Part shown: in pieces, positions 48,907 through 63,879 of the stretch
Layout: each line of letters opens with the position of its first letter
Position numbering within the stretch: position 1 is the first letter of the stretch
Source of the DNA: Narcine bancroftii
Lineage: Eukaryota
Assembly (NCBI RefSeq): GCF_036971445.1
Contig: NC_091482.1
Location: 24,180,001 to 24,244,000 of the forward strand
DNA: 64,000 nucleotides
Direction of reading: 5' to 3'
The notes under the pieces: model-generated
Database searches by the model: none
Told to the model about the DNA's origin: nothing
What the model saw: only the letters and a program-made list of their open reading frames with translations
Position numbers and translations under genes: made by a program

Positions 48907-49850
48907 TAGCATATAGAAGAGAGATTGAAAACTTGGCTGAACAGCGCACTCAATGTCACCAACACCAACGAGCTGATTATTGACTTCAGGAAGGGGAAAT
49001 CAGACGTGTATGATCCAGTGATTATTGTGGGATCCGAGGTGGAGAGGATGAACAAATTTAAGTTCTTGGGAGTCACTATGTTGGAGGAACTTTCATGGAC
49101 CCAACACATGAATGGCATCATGAAAAATGCAGGTCAGTGCCTCTACTTCCTCAGGAGTTTGTAGAGGTTTGGTATGACACCAGAAACCTTGGAAAATTTC
49201 TACAGATGTCTGTGTGCTGACTGGCTGCATCATGGTCTGGTATAGGGACACCAATATCCATGAGTGGTCAACCATATAACCATTTACGGAGCGGAAACAG
49301 GCCATGTTGGCCTTTCGAGTCCGCACCCGTTCACTGATTTTGTGCGCCCTCTTCAGGCATTGGTCCCGGTAGATCTTCATAGGTTGTGGACCGCAGCCCA
49401 GGAAATCACAGACCAAACCCTCCCCACCATTGAAAACATCTGCAGGGAGCACTGCCGACGGAGAGCAGTGACAATAATTGAGTATCTATGCCATCCAGCA
49501 CATGCTCTGTTCTTGCTCCTACCATCAAGAAAGAGTTATCGGTGCCACAAGACTCACACCTCCAGGTTCAGGAACAGCTGCTACCCCTCCACCATCGGAC
49601 TCCCAACAATAAACTCAATCAGAGACTCATTTAAGGACTCTCACTTGTGCACTTTATTTCTTTCCTCTCTGTATTGCACAGTCAGTTTGTTTGCATTTCG
49701 TTATTTGTTTACACATGTACGTTGTGTACAGAATTTTTTTGTTGTTGCATGACCAAAAAGTGGTAATTCTGCCTCGCCCACCCACAGAAAAAAAACAATC
49801 TCAGGGTTGTATGTGATGTCATTTATGTACTCTGACATTAAATCTAAAAT
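48907..49850 (+). mobile_element. Rex/Babar-clade LINE 3' fragment with a nested insertion
   Basis: LNVTNTNELIIDFRKG, VERMNKFKFLGVT, HPAHALFLLLPSRKSYR..TSRFRNSCYP. About 110 bp of unrelated sequence at 49270-49380. Confidence 0.85.
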
Positions 49851-50758
49851 ATCCACTGATTGTGGGATCAGACACCTGTTTATTACATGCTGCTTGGCAC
49901 ACACACAATCTTGTGTGGCAGCTTCACGTTGTTGGATTTGCCTGGTTTGCTCTTCATTGAAACGATGGTTTGATCACAAACGATGGAAATTCTGGGACAT
50001 TAAGTCATAGATCATGGCAAGGTGCACCTGCTGATGGTCCATAGGGCCCCATGGGCTCCTGTTTACGAAGCGCTGGACATTTTCTGACCCCTATCCCATG
50101 GAGCACGTAGTGAGGAAACATGCCTTGACTGTGTGCTGGTCAATTCCACCTACGTGCTGGAAGGATGAATTTGTAATCTGTAGACGTGTGAAGATGATGC
50201 CGGATAAATACACCTCTTGAGTTGGTTCACCCATTACCTGCTGACCGAGAACCCAGGCCCTGTAGGATTCCCAGATTGATCAGCTGCACTTGGTGAGGCA
50301 CATTGGACCTCTCCTATCTCAAAAAATAGTAATAGAAGCAGGTGACTATGGCCTTCAAGACTTCTCTACCTCTTAGTATGATCATAGCTAATTATCTGAA
50401 TATCATATTCCCATTCTCCCCTTATTGTCCTGAATACATGCTCTTCAGAAATTAATCCTTAAACATATTCAGGTACTTGGTCTCTACAGCACTTATGTGG
50501 CAAAGAAATTTCCCCTAATTTTAGTGCCTTTGTTCTGGACCCAGCCCAACTAACCCCATCAAAATTTCTAGATTTCAATTACCGGTAAATCCTTTCTCAT
50601 TCTTCTTGACAGAATCTCATTCTCTCATTCTGAAAGTATATTCCATAAAGCCCCTCTGCCAAACTATTCCAGGAAAGTGTGGACGGAGGAGCATCCCAGC
50701 TTGTCTTCGACCCTTCAGCGAGAGGCTGTAATCGTTGTATAGATTGCAGCGGCTAAAT

Positions 50759-51152
50759 CAGTCATTCCCAAAGTGGGCGGTGCCATCACAATGGGGAAAA
50801 GGGGGGCGGTCCAAACATTTCCAGCAAACTCAGCCCCCAATGCTCATCTTGCACTATCCAGGAGGGGGTTGGGGGGGTGACTGGTTGGGACAGGACCACT
50901 CGGGACGGTGACTGACCGCCTCGGATGGTGATGGCTGGGGATGGTGACTGTAAATTGCTATACTAAAAGTTTTATTTGTGAAATACATCCGGTTGTTTAT
51001 AGTGTTAGATTAGTTGTTTTAAATTTGCAGTAGACCTAATTCCAAGAAAGAGGGGTGTGTTTGTTGGATGTGTGTGTGTGTGGGAGGGGAGGGGTGCTAG
51101 GGATGTGGCCTGGGAGCCAAGGGGGCGGCAGCTCAAAGTTTGGAAACCACTG
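50759..51152. mobile_element. hAT-type MITE with 8-bp target-site duplication
   Basis: Termini CAGTCATTCCCAAAGT and AGTTTGGAAACCACTG, flanked by GGCTAAAT and AGCTAAAT (7/8 match). Confidence 0.75.
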
Positions 51153-54100
51153 AGCTAAATGAACAAGGGATTATCCCAGCAACCCAACATAAAATGGACC
51201 ACGCAATGTGATTGATCAGAATTGTTTATTTTGTGTAAGAATTCACAACGCAGGAAGCCATTTGCAATCAAAGCATGAACATTCTTTACAAGAAGGCAAT
51301 GGCTGGGAGAGCAGACGGGAGACAACACTGTCCCTCATTTCTGCAACAAACTGCAACACGTAAACCAGCACAATCAGCTCTACAGCACAGTTACAAATCA
51401 GGGCGATCCTCGCAGAGAGGGCAGAACTGACAACAATGACAGCCATCCACATCTTTACAATATCAAGCACTGCTGGTGAGGAGCAGTGGATTAAACAACA
51501 AGTTCAATGAGAGTTTCAGACACAGAAAGGTAACGTTTCACATTTTTAAAAAAATCCTGTAACATGCAGCATAAATTCGATGAAGGAGGAGGAGGACCTG
51601 GGGTATGTTGTCCACTTTATTGCACAGTAATAGAAATGCTTATCCCCAGAGATTTATTTAAGTGAGGCAAAACTGATCTTGGATTCAGCCTCGGATCTCC
51701 TTTCAGTTTGCCCCTTGGTGAAGTGCCCCCTTTGTTTGACCTAAGTGTGCTGTGCTTATCACATGAGTTGTTAACTGCAACTCCCACCCACGGATGAGCT
51801 TCCCCTATCTGGTGCTCACACTGAACTGGGAGAGTCACTTAACGGAGCTTTAAATTGTTGGACAATGCTGCTGGACGCTGCCTTCTTGATGATGATGTAT
51901 GAGTGAAAATTTTCAAACCTCCAATACAAGGGGTTGATGCTACCTGACCAAACACATGCAATAAAGTGTGGAACTTTCCTTTGAGTAATGCCCAACGTTC
52001 TACTGTTTTACATTTAGCTTGGTGCTCTTCAGACCTAACAATAAATGAGTGTCTGTGCTTAAGTCGATTTTAAATTCTTTCACCTGCCAAACTCCCATTA
52101 TGTTGTGCAATGTAATATAAAGGATTAGATAATTCAGTTTTAGTACGAAATAAAGTTTGAATGATCAGAAATTGATTTCCCTGAGAGCTGTTTGTAGTTA
52201 CCCATAGGTGGATGTTGATGTTTATATCATAGGGAAATAGCAGTTTAAAGCATGGTCTGTAAATATTCACGTCACGTTGCTTGTCTGGCACAACCAAGAG
52301 GGCTTCCTCCATACACAGTGAACCACTCAGTTTTTCTCTTGTGTTTGCAGACTATTATATTACATTTCTCATTTGAGAGGGTGCAAACTCAGACCACTTC
52401 CCTTAACAATAGAAGAGAGCAGCTTCAAATAAATTCTGATTTTAAACCCCTCAGACATTATTGCCAACAGCAACACAGAACGTCCATTGGGGAAGATCGC
52501 ATTCTTACAATTTTGCTTTCCTTTCTTGGAGGCAAAGTTGTGTCCGGAGTTATTTGCAGTTCATCTCTTCAGAAAATGAAAACTTTAATTGATCTCTTTT
52601 GCCTCTCTAAACTGTTCAACCAAATTAAGGGTCACTTGCCTTACTCTGTGGGATTTAGTCAGAATTCTTTATATTTTTAATAAGACATTATCGCCAACGC
52701 CTAATGATTACAAAATGTACTCTAGGTTCAGTCTTTTCTTTCATTTAGCTTCCTATCTTCTCCTGCAGGGTAATCAAAACTAGCTGATGGTGTTGCCAAT
52801 CCTTTCTGGTAAGCAAGGTCACGCAATTTGTTGTCTATATCCTTCCAAATGGAGCTATAAGCAAATTATTCAAAGGATCATTTTTTAAAAGCTGTTAATT
52901 GAAGTCTGAGAATTGTATTATTGTCTTTAATTATCCAATAGGAAACTTATTTCCTCCAAAACTTGAATCTTTAGAAGATTGGGGTTTGTGTTTCAGGAGT
53001 GCAGGGTTATCACTTTTTAATGGAACCCTTTGGTTGGTGGTTTAAAAACTGTGCAACGTGTAAATGGCATTGAAAAATCGCCAAAACAAATTTATAATAT
53101 TCTTAAAGCTTTGGCTTTCCTGCTTCTTGGTGTTTTATATTCTTGATGAGCATGTATCTTAAATATTGATAGTGTGCTTCATTCAGTAGCACTGTCCTTC
53201 CTTCCATTCGTCTCGGGATGGGTTCTACTAAACCATTCAGGAGAATATAAAGGGATCATGGTCACCTATTTCCCTTCTGCTAATAGCCAGTGCTGTGCAA
53301 AACACCCAATCCTACCACTGTGGTCAGACAAAGGGGACGCTGTACCTTTTGCACCGAAAGATTTGGCATTTATTTTAAAATAAGAAGGAAGACTTTTTTT
53401 TTTAAAGTAAGATTTTGAAATTTGCAATCCTGATTAGGGACATATTTAAATTGCATGCAGGGTTCTCTATTACACAAGGTGACAGTCATCTCAATGGTTG
53501 ATAATTACCTTCAGTCAATTTATTTTAATATATATATATTTAAACATTACAAATTGTGCAACTTTGAGGACATTAGAACTGAATGAAAACTGGTGAAAAC
53601 CAGTCATTAATTTATTAATAATGCTACTGATATTGAACATTTGGATATTAGCTCTGGGTAACCCTCAGTGAAAGATGATCTAAAACTCCCATCTCAGATC
53701 AGTGGGTAAATGGCACTGAAGGAGGGGGACCAGGCCAAGCTTGCCTATTGTCACCGGTCTGTGCTTAGGTTAACTATCTTTGCTGCAGTGAGGAATGGGC
53801 CTTGCCCCTGGTACTGGTGTGTTGATGATGTGGCTGAACTGCTGGGAAAGGAGATCAATGTTGTGCAGTGGACTAATGGGGCTGAATGGCCCACTTCTGT
53901 GTAGTGCATTTTATGCCATTCATATGTAAAATGCTTGGATCTCATTGGTAACTGATGAGTTGATTCCAGGATCCATGCTTGCAGGTTAAGATTTTAAGAA
54001 GTGAAGCTACAACTTGGTTCCCAGAGAAGTCTGCAAGTTACACTCACTTCCTTCATGTGCTTGAGCCTCCCCCCAAAAAATCTGTACATCTGATTGTTTC

Positions 54101-57100
54101 AGCAATTGAAAAATAAATATCAATTTATATATTGAATTCTCTTAATCAAACTTTACAATGGTCAACTCCACACCAAAGTTATCCCTCCCAAAATTGGATC
54201 CTAAATGTGCCTTTGTTCAATAGTGGGACCGAAAGCATGCTTTTTTCCTGTGCACAGTTGATTCTGAAACCTTCCTCTGTGAAATCCTAACCCTGCCTCA
54301 GTGTGAGCTGAAATTTAACTTCTCCCTCCCACATCAGCTCTGTACCCTGTCTCACCTTCCTGATTGATTTCACTTTCAACTTGCCCTCCTTCCTACACGC
54401 AGCCCAGCCCATCTCTCTATCTGTGATTTCAGAGCCTCCACAGAGCCTCTCTCACAAAGGGCTCCCGCTCTATTCTTCCGCCCAGCCAGCCGCCTGCTCC
54501 ACTCTTGCCTCTAATACGCTGACCTTTCTCCTCAATTAGCACAGCCCAAATCAGCAGTTGGAGATAGAATGGTTCTATAACTGTTCTTGTCTAAGCCCAT
54601 CCAGATCAGGCAGTGAATTGGAGCATGAGTCTTTGCGTTTTTGGTTCTCCCCACCCCCCCCCCCCCCCATCCCACCCCCTCCATTTTTGTTGGCGATAAG
54701 GAATGTATTGTGTATCACGTCTCTGCAAGCTGGGTGGGTTCACTGAGCTATAGTTGGTGAAGGAATGTAATTTACGCTGCTACGTTTGCAAGGGTTTTAT
54801 GTTATCTTTGTAACAGTAATCATGAACTGAATAACAGAAGAGGCTGGAGAAGAAATTTGTAACTGCAATGGAATATTAAGGGATGAGCAAAATGAGGAGA
54901 GTGGATTAACAAACATGTGGGAATCACGGAGGTTTGAGTGGCAAAGCTGCTGTCTACCCTACTAACTGATTTTTATTTCAGCTTCTAAGCTTGAACAATT
55001 TCCATCTGCACCCAGCCCTGTGACATGTTTCCATTCTTGTGCTTTTCGTGGGTCGAGAGGGATTTGGGACAGTCCCAGTGCTTACGGTAACATTGATTCA
55101 AAGGGTTCAGATGGTGAAAGTATGCAGTTGTTTTTGTCTTCAGATCTAACACAGGCGCTCATGAAAGAATGTGTAAGGGTTTCTCCAGTGAAGATATTCA
55201 CCAAATATCAGAATCAGTGACGTATTTAGAAATTGTAATGGGTGCAGATTGAAACTCCCAATTTCTACAGAGAACATCCTCATCCAGGCTTTTACTTTTT
55301 CAAAATACAGAGTTTGGACACCACATTTATTTGACAAGATAAGCCAAAACCAAACTAATCACAGACACAAGACGAAACACTGCTGTTCATAGGCTAACGT
55401 GCAAACAATTTGTTAATTAGCAGATGCAGCAGATTCACAAGTCCAGGCTTCAATTTGTGCTATACATTGGTGGGATGGGGAGAAGGAGGGGAAGTGGTAG
55501 GGAGTTTAGTGATGGCCAGACTGAAGCTGAGTCTGGCTACAGTTTGTGCTGTACATGAAGGAAAGGGTGCAAACTTTAGCTGAGCCAGACTTCCTGTCTG
55601 CTCAGTCACAGGCTGGAGACTTGTTTGTCTACATTCAAAAGCAGCTAAAATACTAAACACCAGATAATTGGCACAGAACATTGGCTTTAGATGTACAATA
55701 AAGTCTTCAAGCAACGCAGGGTTCTAGGCCATACAAATGGCAATTTTGTTTTATTTTTAAGATCTTAACATTAGTGAAAGAATAAACTAGATCTGCTTGG
55801 AGTGTAATGGATGATGGTGAAATGAGAGAATCCAGGGCTAAGGGTTTAATCAGTCATCCTGGATTTACTTTTCCTCAGTGGTTTTCTTTATGTATTATTA
55901 CCTGCTGTCTTTGACAGCCAACTACCCTACATAACCCTCTGAAGGATGAGCCTGAATGATTCCTAGAACCGTATTCCATTCTTTTTCAGAACTCATTAAG
56001 ATAGAAAATTAATGAGCTGTGAAGCAGTTTGTTAGATCCCAGGCACCAGACTGGAGCCTTCATTGACTTTAGCTTGAACTCGTGTTCTGGTCTGATATTT
56101 CATTCGATTGGTTTTTCACTGGCCTTATCTGGTTTACACAAATAAATGCTGATACCTGGGTCATCTTCCCCTAACATTGCTGGGGTATTAAACCAGGCCG
56201 CTGACAGGTCTTAGAAATGTATGTTTCTTTTAGAAATTCTTTTAGTTTCACAAAAGAACGAGGTGTGCAGTTTTGGTGAGGAGATAGATGCAGGAGGGTT
56301 CACGATTCAAAATTTTGGAGATGCAAGGTCAGCCAGGGTTTCTGGTACTAATCAGAGTTTGCTTAATCCACGGTGGAGAAGCCCAAGGATTAGTACAGGA
56401 CTGTCTTGGGTCTGGTTGTCCCAAGGACCTGCCAGTGGTATGTATGTAACTTCGAAGCTGATCATTACAGGAGATACTTTGATCTCAGAACTTGTGATCC
56501 CACTGAACAATACTAAAGAAAAGCAGAGATGGTTATGATCAGTGATTTAAAAAAAATGGAGAGAATGTCAATGTACTTTTCAAATTACTTTTACAAGGAC
56601 TGCAAGGAAACAAACGAGAGGATGAATTCTACGGTACCACAAGAACAAATACCTTGACCTGCAGGTAGTTAGGGAGATGAAGGGCTCCCTCACTTAACTC
56701 GTCACACTGTCTCCCCCATCTTTGACGTCCTTTGGTCAGTTCCTATTCCTCCCTTTCCTGCACAGTGAGATCACGACATATCTTCCTCCAAACCCAAAAG
56801 CTTCTCCAAAATTCACACCCCAATTTTCCCTTCTGCTAAATTGAAAGGTTGTTGACGCTTTTTCCTCCTCCTCCTCGGATACCACCTGGGTTACCAAGTA
56901 CTTTAAGCACATACTGCTTTTTTAAATTTTGCCTTTTGGAATGAGTTCTAAACTCTGCCATTCCCTTCGCACAGCATTTGGTTTTGACATTACCTCTCGG
57001 CATCCTCAGAAAATGCAGAATAAGGGGCTACTGCATTAAATTATTCGTGTCAGCCTGTGCTTCAATAGCTGGGAGTAAGTGATTAGCTCTGGAATGTGCT

Positions 57101-58249
57101 TTACAAGCTCTTCAGTACATATCATAGCCTTGCAAAGATTAAGGTACTGGCCTGGCATCAGCTAAGTAAAATAAAACAAACAAAAGTTCAACATGCTTTA
57201 CTTATTTAAGAAAAGCAGAAAATTATGTAATCAGTAGTAGATTCTTCTGTAAAACTCAATAATATGGACTTGATTAGAGCAGCGAACACAGGAGGAGTAG
57301 GTGTCCAGCCCCCCCCCCCCCCACCCCCGTGTCTGCCTTCACCATTCAGTAAGATCATGGCTGACCTCCAATCCTGTGACTGTGTGTGTTGTCCCAATCC
57401 TTGTGGTGCAACCACTATATGGTATCGTACGAGCTAGTCAGCCCCCTGAACCTGTGACACCTCCCTCCCAGAAATCCCTATAGAGGCTGTTTTGCTCCAA
57501 CTCCTCCCTCAGTACCTGCCTTGGAACCGGACCAGCAACATGTGATTAAAGGTGATTAAAGCCTATTAATCACAACACTCTGATCGATAGTGCTACGCCT
57601 TAGTTCCCTGATCTTTCAAAAAAATTATCTATCTCCTTCTTAGATACTTGTAATGATCTAACCAGGATTTTGAAACTTAAAATTTACTATAATGGATTTG
57701 GGCAAAGCAAAAAAGTGAGCTGGAAAGGAGAGGAAGTTCGATTGTTGAGCAGATTTTGGGAAAACTTAAAAAAAAATCTGGAAGGCTGGAGACAGGCATT
57801 AACCCTATCTGCTCAATTAACAGCTTCCTTGTCTCCTTATTGGCCCATTGCTCCCAATGGGAGGGAAACATTTGATAGTATGGAAAGGTTCATGGTGGGC
57901 CAAGAACATTGTCTGCGAATAATCCTTCCATCTCCACAACTATTTTGCTGTCACCTCTGGGTATTTTGTCCTAAACTGAGGCTAGCTTTAGGTGGGACCC
58001 TGTAAGCCATATGATTTTTTTTTGTGTAGGGAGTTGTGCAGAGCGAGGGAGTTGCACTTTCCATCTGTTGGAGTGAGATTAAAACCTGACCATTTTCTCT
58101 GATGTCAGAGAAAATATTCTGACGATGGCATGTTATTGGATCCCACTGGCACTTAATTTAAATAACATTATCCGCATGCTTTCCTTATTCACCACTGTGG
58201 ACAATCAAAACCACAACACAAAAAGGTTAAAATTATAATTTTAAAGTTA

Positions 58250-58495
58250 GAGGCCATTTTGGCCCACGAGTCTGTGCTGCCGGGTTTATACCCAATTAAG
58301 CTACCACACCACACCCCCCCCCCCCCCGACCCAACCGTACGTTTTGAAAGGTGGCAGGAAACTGGAACCTCTGGGAAAAACCCATGCAGACATGGGGAGA
58401 ATGTACTACCTCCTTATAAAGAGCACAAATTCAAACCCCGGTGCCGATCACTGGCGCTGTAAAGGTGTTGCGTTAACTGCTTTGCCAACCGTGAC
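58250..58495 (-). mobile_element. V-SINE
   Basis: Reverse-complement SINE body. Confidence 0.75.
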
Positions 58496-61269
58496 ACTCT
58501 TGTTGGTGTTTATGGGTTAGTCCCAAAACCAGCAATGAAGGTAATGACTAATTACTGTTGTGTGATCAGGCCCTTTGCTAGGCCAATACATATAAATGCC
58601 CTCTTTGCACGGCATAAATTTCAATGATTTAAATGTACACAGGAAGACTCCACTCATTTTTGATTATTCCATAAAGATGTCCCTGATTGCATGAGTCTCT
58701 CACATTAATCCTTTTAAGGGGAAATTCGCAATAGATCTTGGCAATCAAAAAAGGCATTTGTTTCTCTGACTGATGTTGCAGCTACCTAAATGCAGTGTTT
58801 CCCCCACTCCAGCTGTAGCCTGGAGAGCTGGTGCATCAAGCATTACTTGACAAGGCAGTCCAATAAAAACCAGAGCTGAGAGTTCACATTATCGTTTCTG
58901 TACATGGGTGCCCTCTAAACAACAATAATCATGACTCCAAAATGCATTTCTATACCTTTTGCAGCTGTTCATTTAATTTATTTTTAAAAAAGTCTTGTAT
59001 ATTTGGAAGACACAAGATGTAGGAAAAGGCTGTAGGTAGTGCAAACAGAATAACTGATAAAACAACTTGTAGTTGCCTATTGGCCATGAGCAGTAGTTTG
59101 CAGCTCTACGCACTTCCAGGAGAAAGTGGCATTAGACCATGAGGCTGAGTGGGACGACCCTGCCACAGTTGTAGCAAAGTGGCTCGGATGTACTTGTAGA
59201 GAAGTATTATTTGCACACTTTCTGATGCCAAGCAGAAATCACTGCTGGTTAGGAAAGAAGAGGTGGCAAAATGGATTAGGCCGACTATGTTGCTAACAGG
59301 GCATCTGTAGTAAAGAGGGGATGCGTTGACTGTAAAAAGCCACACATTTATTCTAATCATCTGTCAGTTACTGCTTGACCCAGCAACATTCCAAGCTTCC
59401 ATCATTTCACAATACTTGGCAGGAGTTCAGGATCTCCCTCTGATAAATGGATTACAGATAATTTGTGGGACCTCTGCACTTTACAAAAGAATCCTGTCTG
59501 ATTTATATTTTGTCTTTGGTATTACCAGTATCCCAATGTACTTCATTCAACATGCTGACTTCATAACTCACTGTTGTTTGGTTAAAGTCACTGAACGTGT
59601 GATTCGCCTTCGTGATGTAAACAAATATTGCTCCAAAATAGAGCTCTAGGTCTCTTGTTAGCATTTTCCCAGTCTATCTACTCACTTAAGTGGTACTGAC
59701 AAATTAGATGGAAGTTTACTGTCTAGGAATCATGTAGTTACTTGCATTAAAATGGGATTGTTGCTGCAGGCATTTTATTTTACTGAAAGTCTACAATAAA
59801 TTGTGATCTTGCACTTCAGAAAAGTATGCCCCCCCCCCCCCAACTACTTTCCTTTCCCCCATTAATAATGTTCCCTTTTCAATAGGATCTTGGAAAGCTA
59901 TTTCTACTGTTACAAAAGGTTAGTGGTATGCAGGAGTGTTGAGAGATCTATCTAATGAAGGAAATTGTATCTGATGATGTTTAAAATAATCCTCAGATTG
60001 AAATCCTTCATGGATCCCTCCCCCCCTCCCCCCCCCCACCCCTCTCCATCAATGCCTTTTGAACTCTCCAAGATTCCATTCCTTCATGGATCCACTCCTC
60101 CCACTCTTCTCTGGCCCTACACTCTTCATCCAACCATTGCTTTAAGCTCTAACCTAAAAATTCCATCCATTAATTTCTATGTCTCTTCAGTCCACTCAAA
60201 TATTGACCTTGTAATCCTAGCTATAGTCTCACCTTTGGGACAGTCAAATGTTTATTCAAATTCAATCCTATAACTTCCCTTGTTGCATTCATCTCAGCGT
60301 ACTTTCCTATCTTGATCTGGATTAGAGTGATGGCATTGAGATTAGTAAAACTGGGCACAATATTCTATGACTTGGTCTTTTTAGAAAGTAAGATGCCACT
60401 AACCCTGGTATAGCCTCTCTCATGAAGTGGAGACAAGAAATCCACCATACATGCTTGATTCATGAGAAGTTTTATATCGACTCTGTCTGCCAGCCCTTTT
60501 TAGAAAGCAAAGCTACCATTCAGTCACCTGCCTAAACTTCGCTTGGCCACAACACAGGAAGCCCGGATGAATGTCCCCTGAGCAGTGCCTCCATGGCACA
60601 AGCTTGTAGCTGAAGATGACCATAACGTGATGGCTATGTGGTCTAGAATTTAAAAAAAATCAAGCAATGGGAAGTAACAATTCGGCAAAAGCCAGAAAAA
60701 AAAATAAAAAAAAACCAATGCTTTCAAAACTAGCCAGTCCCTATCTTAAGGAAACCATGCAGAACTTCAAGGCATGTTCACTGCAAGGTGTACACTTGAA
60801 ATTAACTCGCAGTACTCAGTTGCTTAAAAAAAGACCCATTGCCATCAACCATCCAAATTGGACAAAAGTCAAACCAATTTAGAATCGTATGCTGTGTTCA
60901 AACCTAATCTTCTATTATAAACTCATATCATTGCCCATGAAGATCTAATCTGAGATGTGCTTATTCCTATGTTTATAAAGTATTTTATCTATGATTTCCC
61001 TGATCTTTTTCCATTTATGTTAGAGATATCTTGTTTGTTCCTTCATTGAAGGGCTAATTGACATCTACTACCCATGAATACCTCACGCAAGTGCTCAAAT
61101 TATGCTTTACACTTGTAACAGGGTTGTTGCAGGATTCTGGATTTACCTGCGCTTGGATATTTTCATCAACAAACTAGTTTATATATTTTGTTTTTGCAGA
61201 GTCTATAGTTTTATGTTTACATTTAGCTCCATTAGTATATAAAGTTTAGAATTGACAAACAATATAAAT

Positions 61270-61745
61270 AAAGGTAGAGAAGGTGAAGAGAAGATTTACT
61301 AAAATGTGGCCTGGATTGCTGTATCTACAATACAAAGTAGACTGGGTCTTTATTCATTGGAGCGTAGAACGTTGAGGGGGGATTTGATATTTAAAATTAT
61401 GAAGGGGATAGATAGAGTAAATGTGAATAGACTCTTCCCCTTGAAGGTAGGAGTGATTGGAACAAGGGGTCATAAGTTGAGGGTTAGGGGGCAAAATTTT
61501 AGAAGTAACATGAGAGGAAGCTTCTTCACCCAGAGAGTGGTGGCTGAGTGGAATGACCTTCCGGAAGAGGTGGTTGCAGCAGGGTCAATTTTGTCATTTA
61601 AGGGAAGGTTGGATAAGTGCATGGATTTGAGAGGATTGTAGGGTTATGGACAGTGAGTGGGCAGGTGGGACTAGAGGAGATCACTTAAATCGGTGCAGAC
61701 TAGAAGGGCCAAGATGGCCTCTTTCTGTACTGTAATTGTTAATTA
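61270..61745 (+). mobile_element. CR1 3' fragment
   Basis: LGLYSLERRTLRGDLI.FKIMKG...TRGHKLRV...FFTQRVV.EWNDLPEEVV. Confidence 0.87.
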
Positions 61746-62864
61746 TTATATGATAAATGAGGGGCAATTAAAGAGGAATTAAAATAAATAACTGGAAGTT
61801 CATAGCCTGTAATTTCCATTGGAGAGAAATGTAGAGCACCTACTTCAAACCAGAGATTGGGGTCAACAGAGTTTTGTGTCTTACTAACAATGTTTGAATG
61901 GTAGTTGATTGCGAAAATGTCAATCAGCTTTAATAAGCATTAAGTGATTCAAAGAGGAGGGTGTGTCTTGGTGTTAACAGGTAAAATTTGACAGCATGAA
62001 CCAAAAAGAGTGCAGGAAAAAAATGAATGGGCCGAAGTGTATTTAAACTGACACCGGACACAGATTTTCAGTTAAACGGGTGACAGCAAGAGCAAAGACT
62101 TGGTTTAATAACATGTCTCGGGAGCCTAAAATGTTAGGACAAGGTGTATAGAGAAAGGAGAGAAGCTGCAAAAGGTAGTTGGTGCAATGCCTTCATGCAC
62201 AATGAGGCATGTGAGGAGGTCAGAGCCTTAGTTGGCATTTGCATTCTCTGGATGTTGTCTGATTAAAAGGAGAGTGTGCTTTTAAAAATGTGGGCAGCAT
62301 TGTCTCCGAGCCTGTTGAGTAGCCAGAACTGGTAGAAATAATTCTGGGCTGGTCCTGTTACAACATTAATCATGGGTAGGGAAGTATTCTGGATCAAATG
62401 AACATCATTCTACTGAAGTATTTGAAAATGATAATGTATACAAAGAAAGGGATAAATTTGATGTATTAAGCCCATCAACTCAGTGGGAAGACTTTGACCA
62501 AGTTAATCCCCAAGAACCTCTCTTTACCCACAACACATACCAGATCTCTTTCCTCCCCCCCCCCCCCCCCCCACCCCCGCAGTAGCATGCTATTTCCTGG
62601 GACAATTGAAAACCAAAAACTGCCAACAATTTAAGAAGATCTTGCAAATTTCAGAGAAAGCTCCAAAACAGAGCTGGACTTGGTTCAGCAAACTTCACAA
62701 CCAACTGGTAATTTACACCTTGGGAATTGGAATGATCTCATCTATTTAAAAACCTGCCTTGTTTTCTGTTAAAATCATGTTGCATCTTCATGCTTATTAT
62801 GGAAGAGAAGCCAAAATAGAATATGTTTGAGCTCGCAAATGGAGATTGAGATAATACAGTTTTT

Positions 62865-63075
62865 AAAATAAATTTAGGCATGTTAACAGGCCCTTTTGAC
62901 CCACAGGCCTGTGCCACCAATTGACCTAGAACTCCCAGTATGTTTTGAACGGTGGGAGGAAACTGGAGCACCCGGAGAAAACTCATGCAGACATAGGGAG
63001 AATGTACAAACTCCTTACAGAGCTGGATTCAAACCCTGGTTAGCAGAGTTGTGCTAACCGTACACTAACCCTGCC
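62865..63075 (-). mobile_element. V-SINE
   Basis: Reverse-complement SINE body (ggtgggaggaaactggagcacccggagaaaac). Confidence 0.78.
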
Positions 63076-63144
63076 ATCCTTTTTGAGTCAAAATAATGAG
63101 GTCCAACTGGAAATAGTGCAGTTTTTGAGAAACTGCGTAAGGTA

Positions 63145-63410
63145 GATCACAGTGGGTAGTAGATCTGCTGCCTCAAAGCTGCAATGACCTAAATTTAAAA
63201 AAAAACCCTGATCTTTGATGCTGTCGCTATGGAGTTTGCAATTTTTTCCCGCTGATTGTGTGGGTTTCTCCTGGATACATCTATTTTCTCCCATGTCCTC
63301 AAAGTTAGTTGGCTATTGTAGGTTGCCTGAGTGCATAGATGAGTTGTAGAAACTGAAGGAAATTGATGCGAATGTGGGGAAAGTTAAACTAGTGCAGGAT
63401 TCACGTAAAT
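63145..63410 (+). mobile_element. Older V-SINE-like copy
   Basis: ggagtttgca...gtgggtttctcctggatacatc V-domain-like segment. Confidence 0.55.
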
Positions 63411-63879
63411 GCATGATATCTGGACGGGTGTTTCTGAGGTGAATTTCTTTGATTATGAGAATTCATTGAAATAAATAAACCAATATTAAAATAAAGAATT
63501 ACATCAGAAGAGTTGAACATGAGTCATTCAAACAGATGGCTTCAATTAGAAAAAATAAAATCCAAATGAAATGTTCAATGTCAGTTTTCTCAAGTAAGAT
63601 TGATTATTTCATTGTGAAAACAATGGGGTGAAAATGTATAGGCCAAGTTCAAAGTGATGATGGGAAAAGGAAAATGTACAGTTTTGAAGAGTACAGTGGG
63701 TATTTTTTTAAAATTTAGCAATAAGCATTATTTTGAATAAGGTTATAATTATAAAACCTGCAAATCTGGAACCAATGCCCAAAGAGATAACAAAGCTCGG
63801 ATGTTGTGTGAGGAATGCAAGTTATCTTTGGAATCAAACCCAAAGATGTAAAAGCTCTTTGTGAAATGGCAAAACATAG

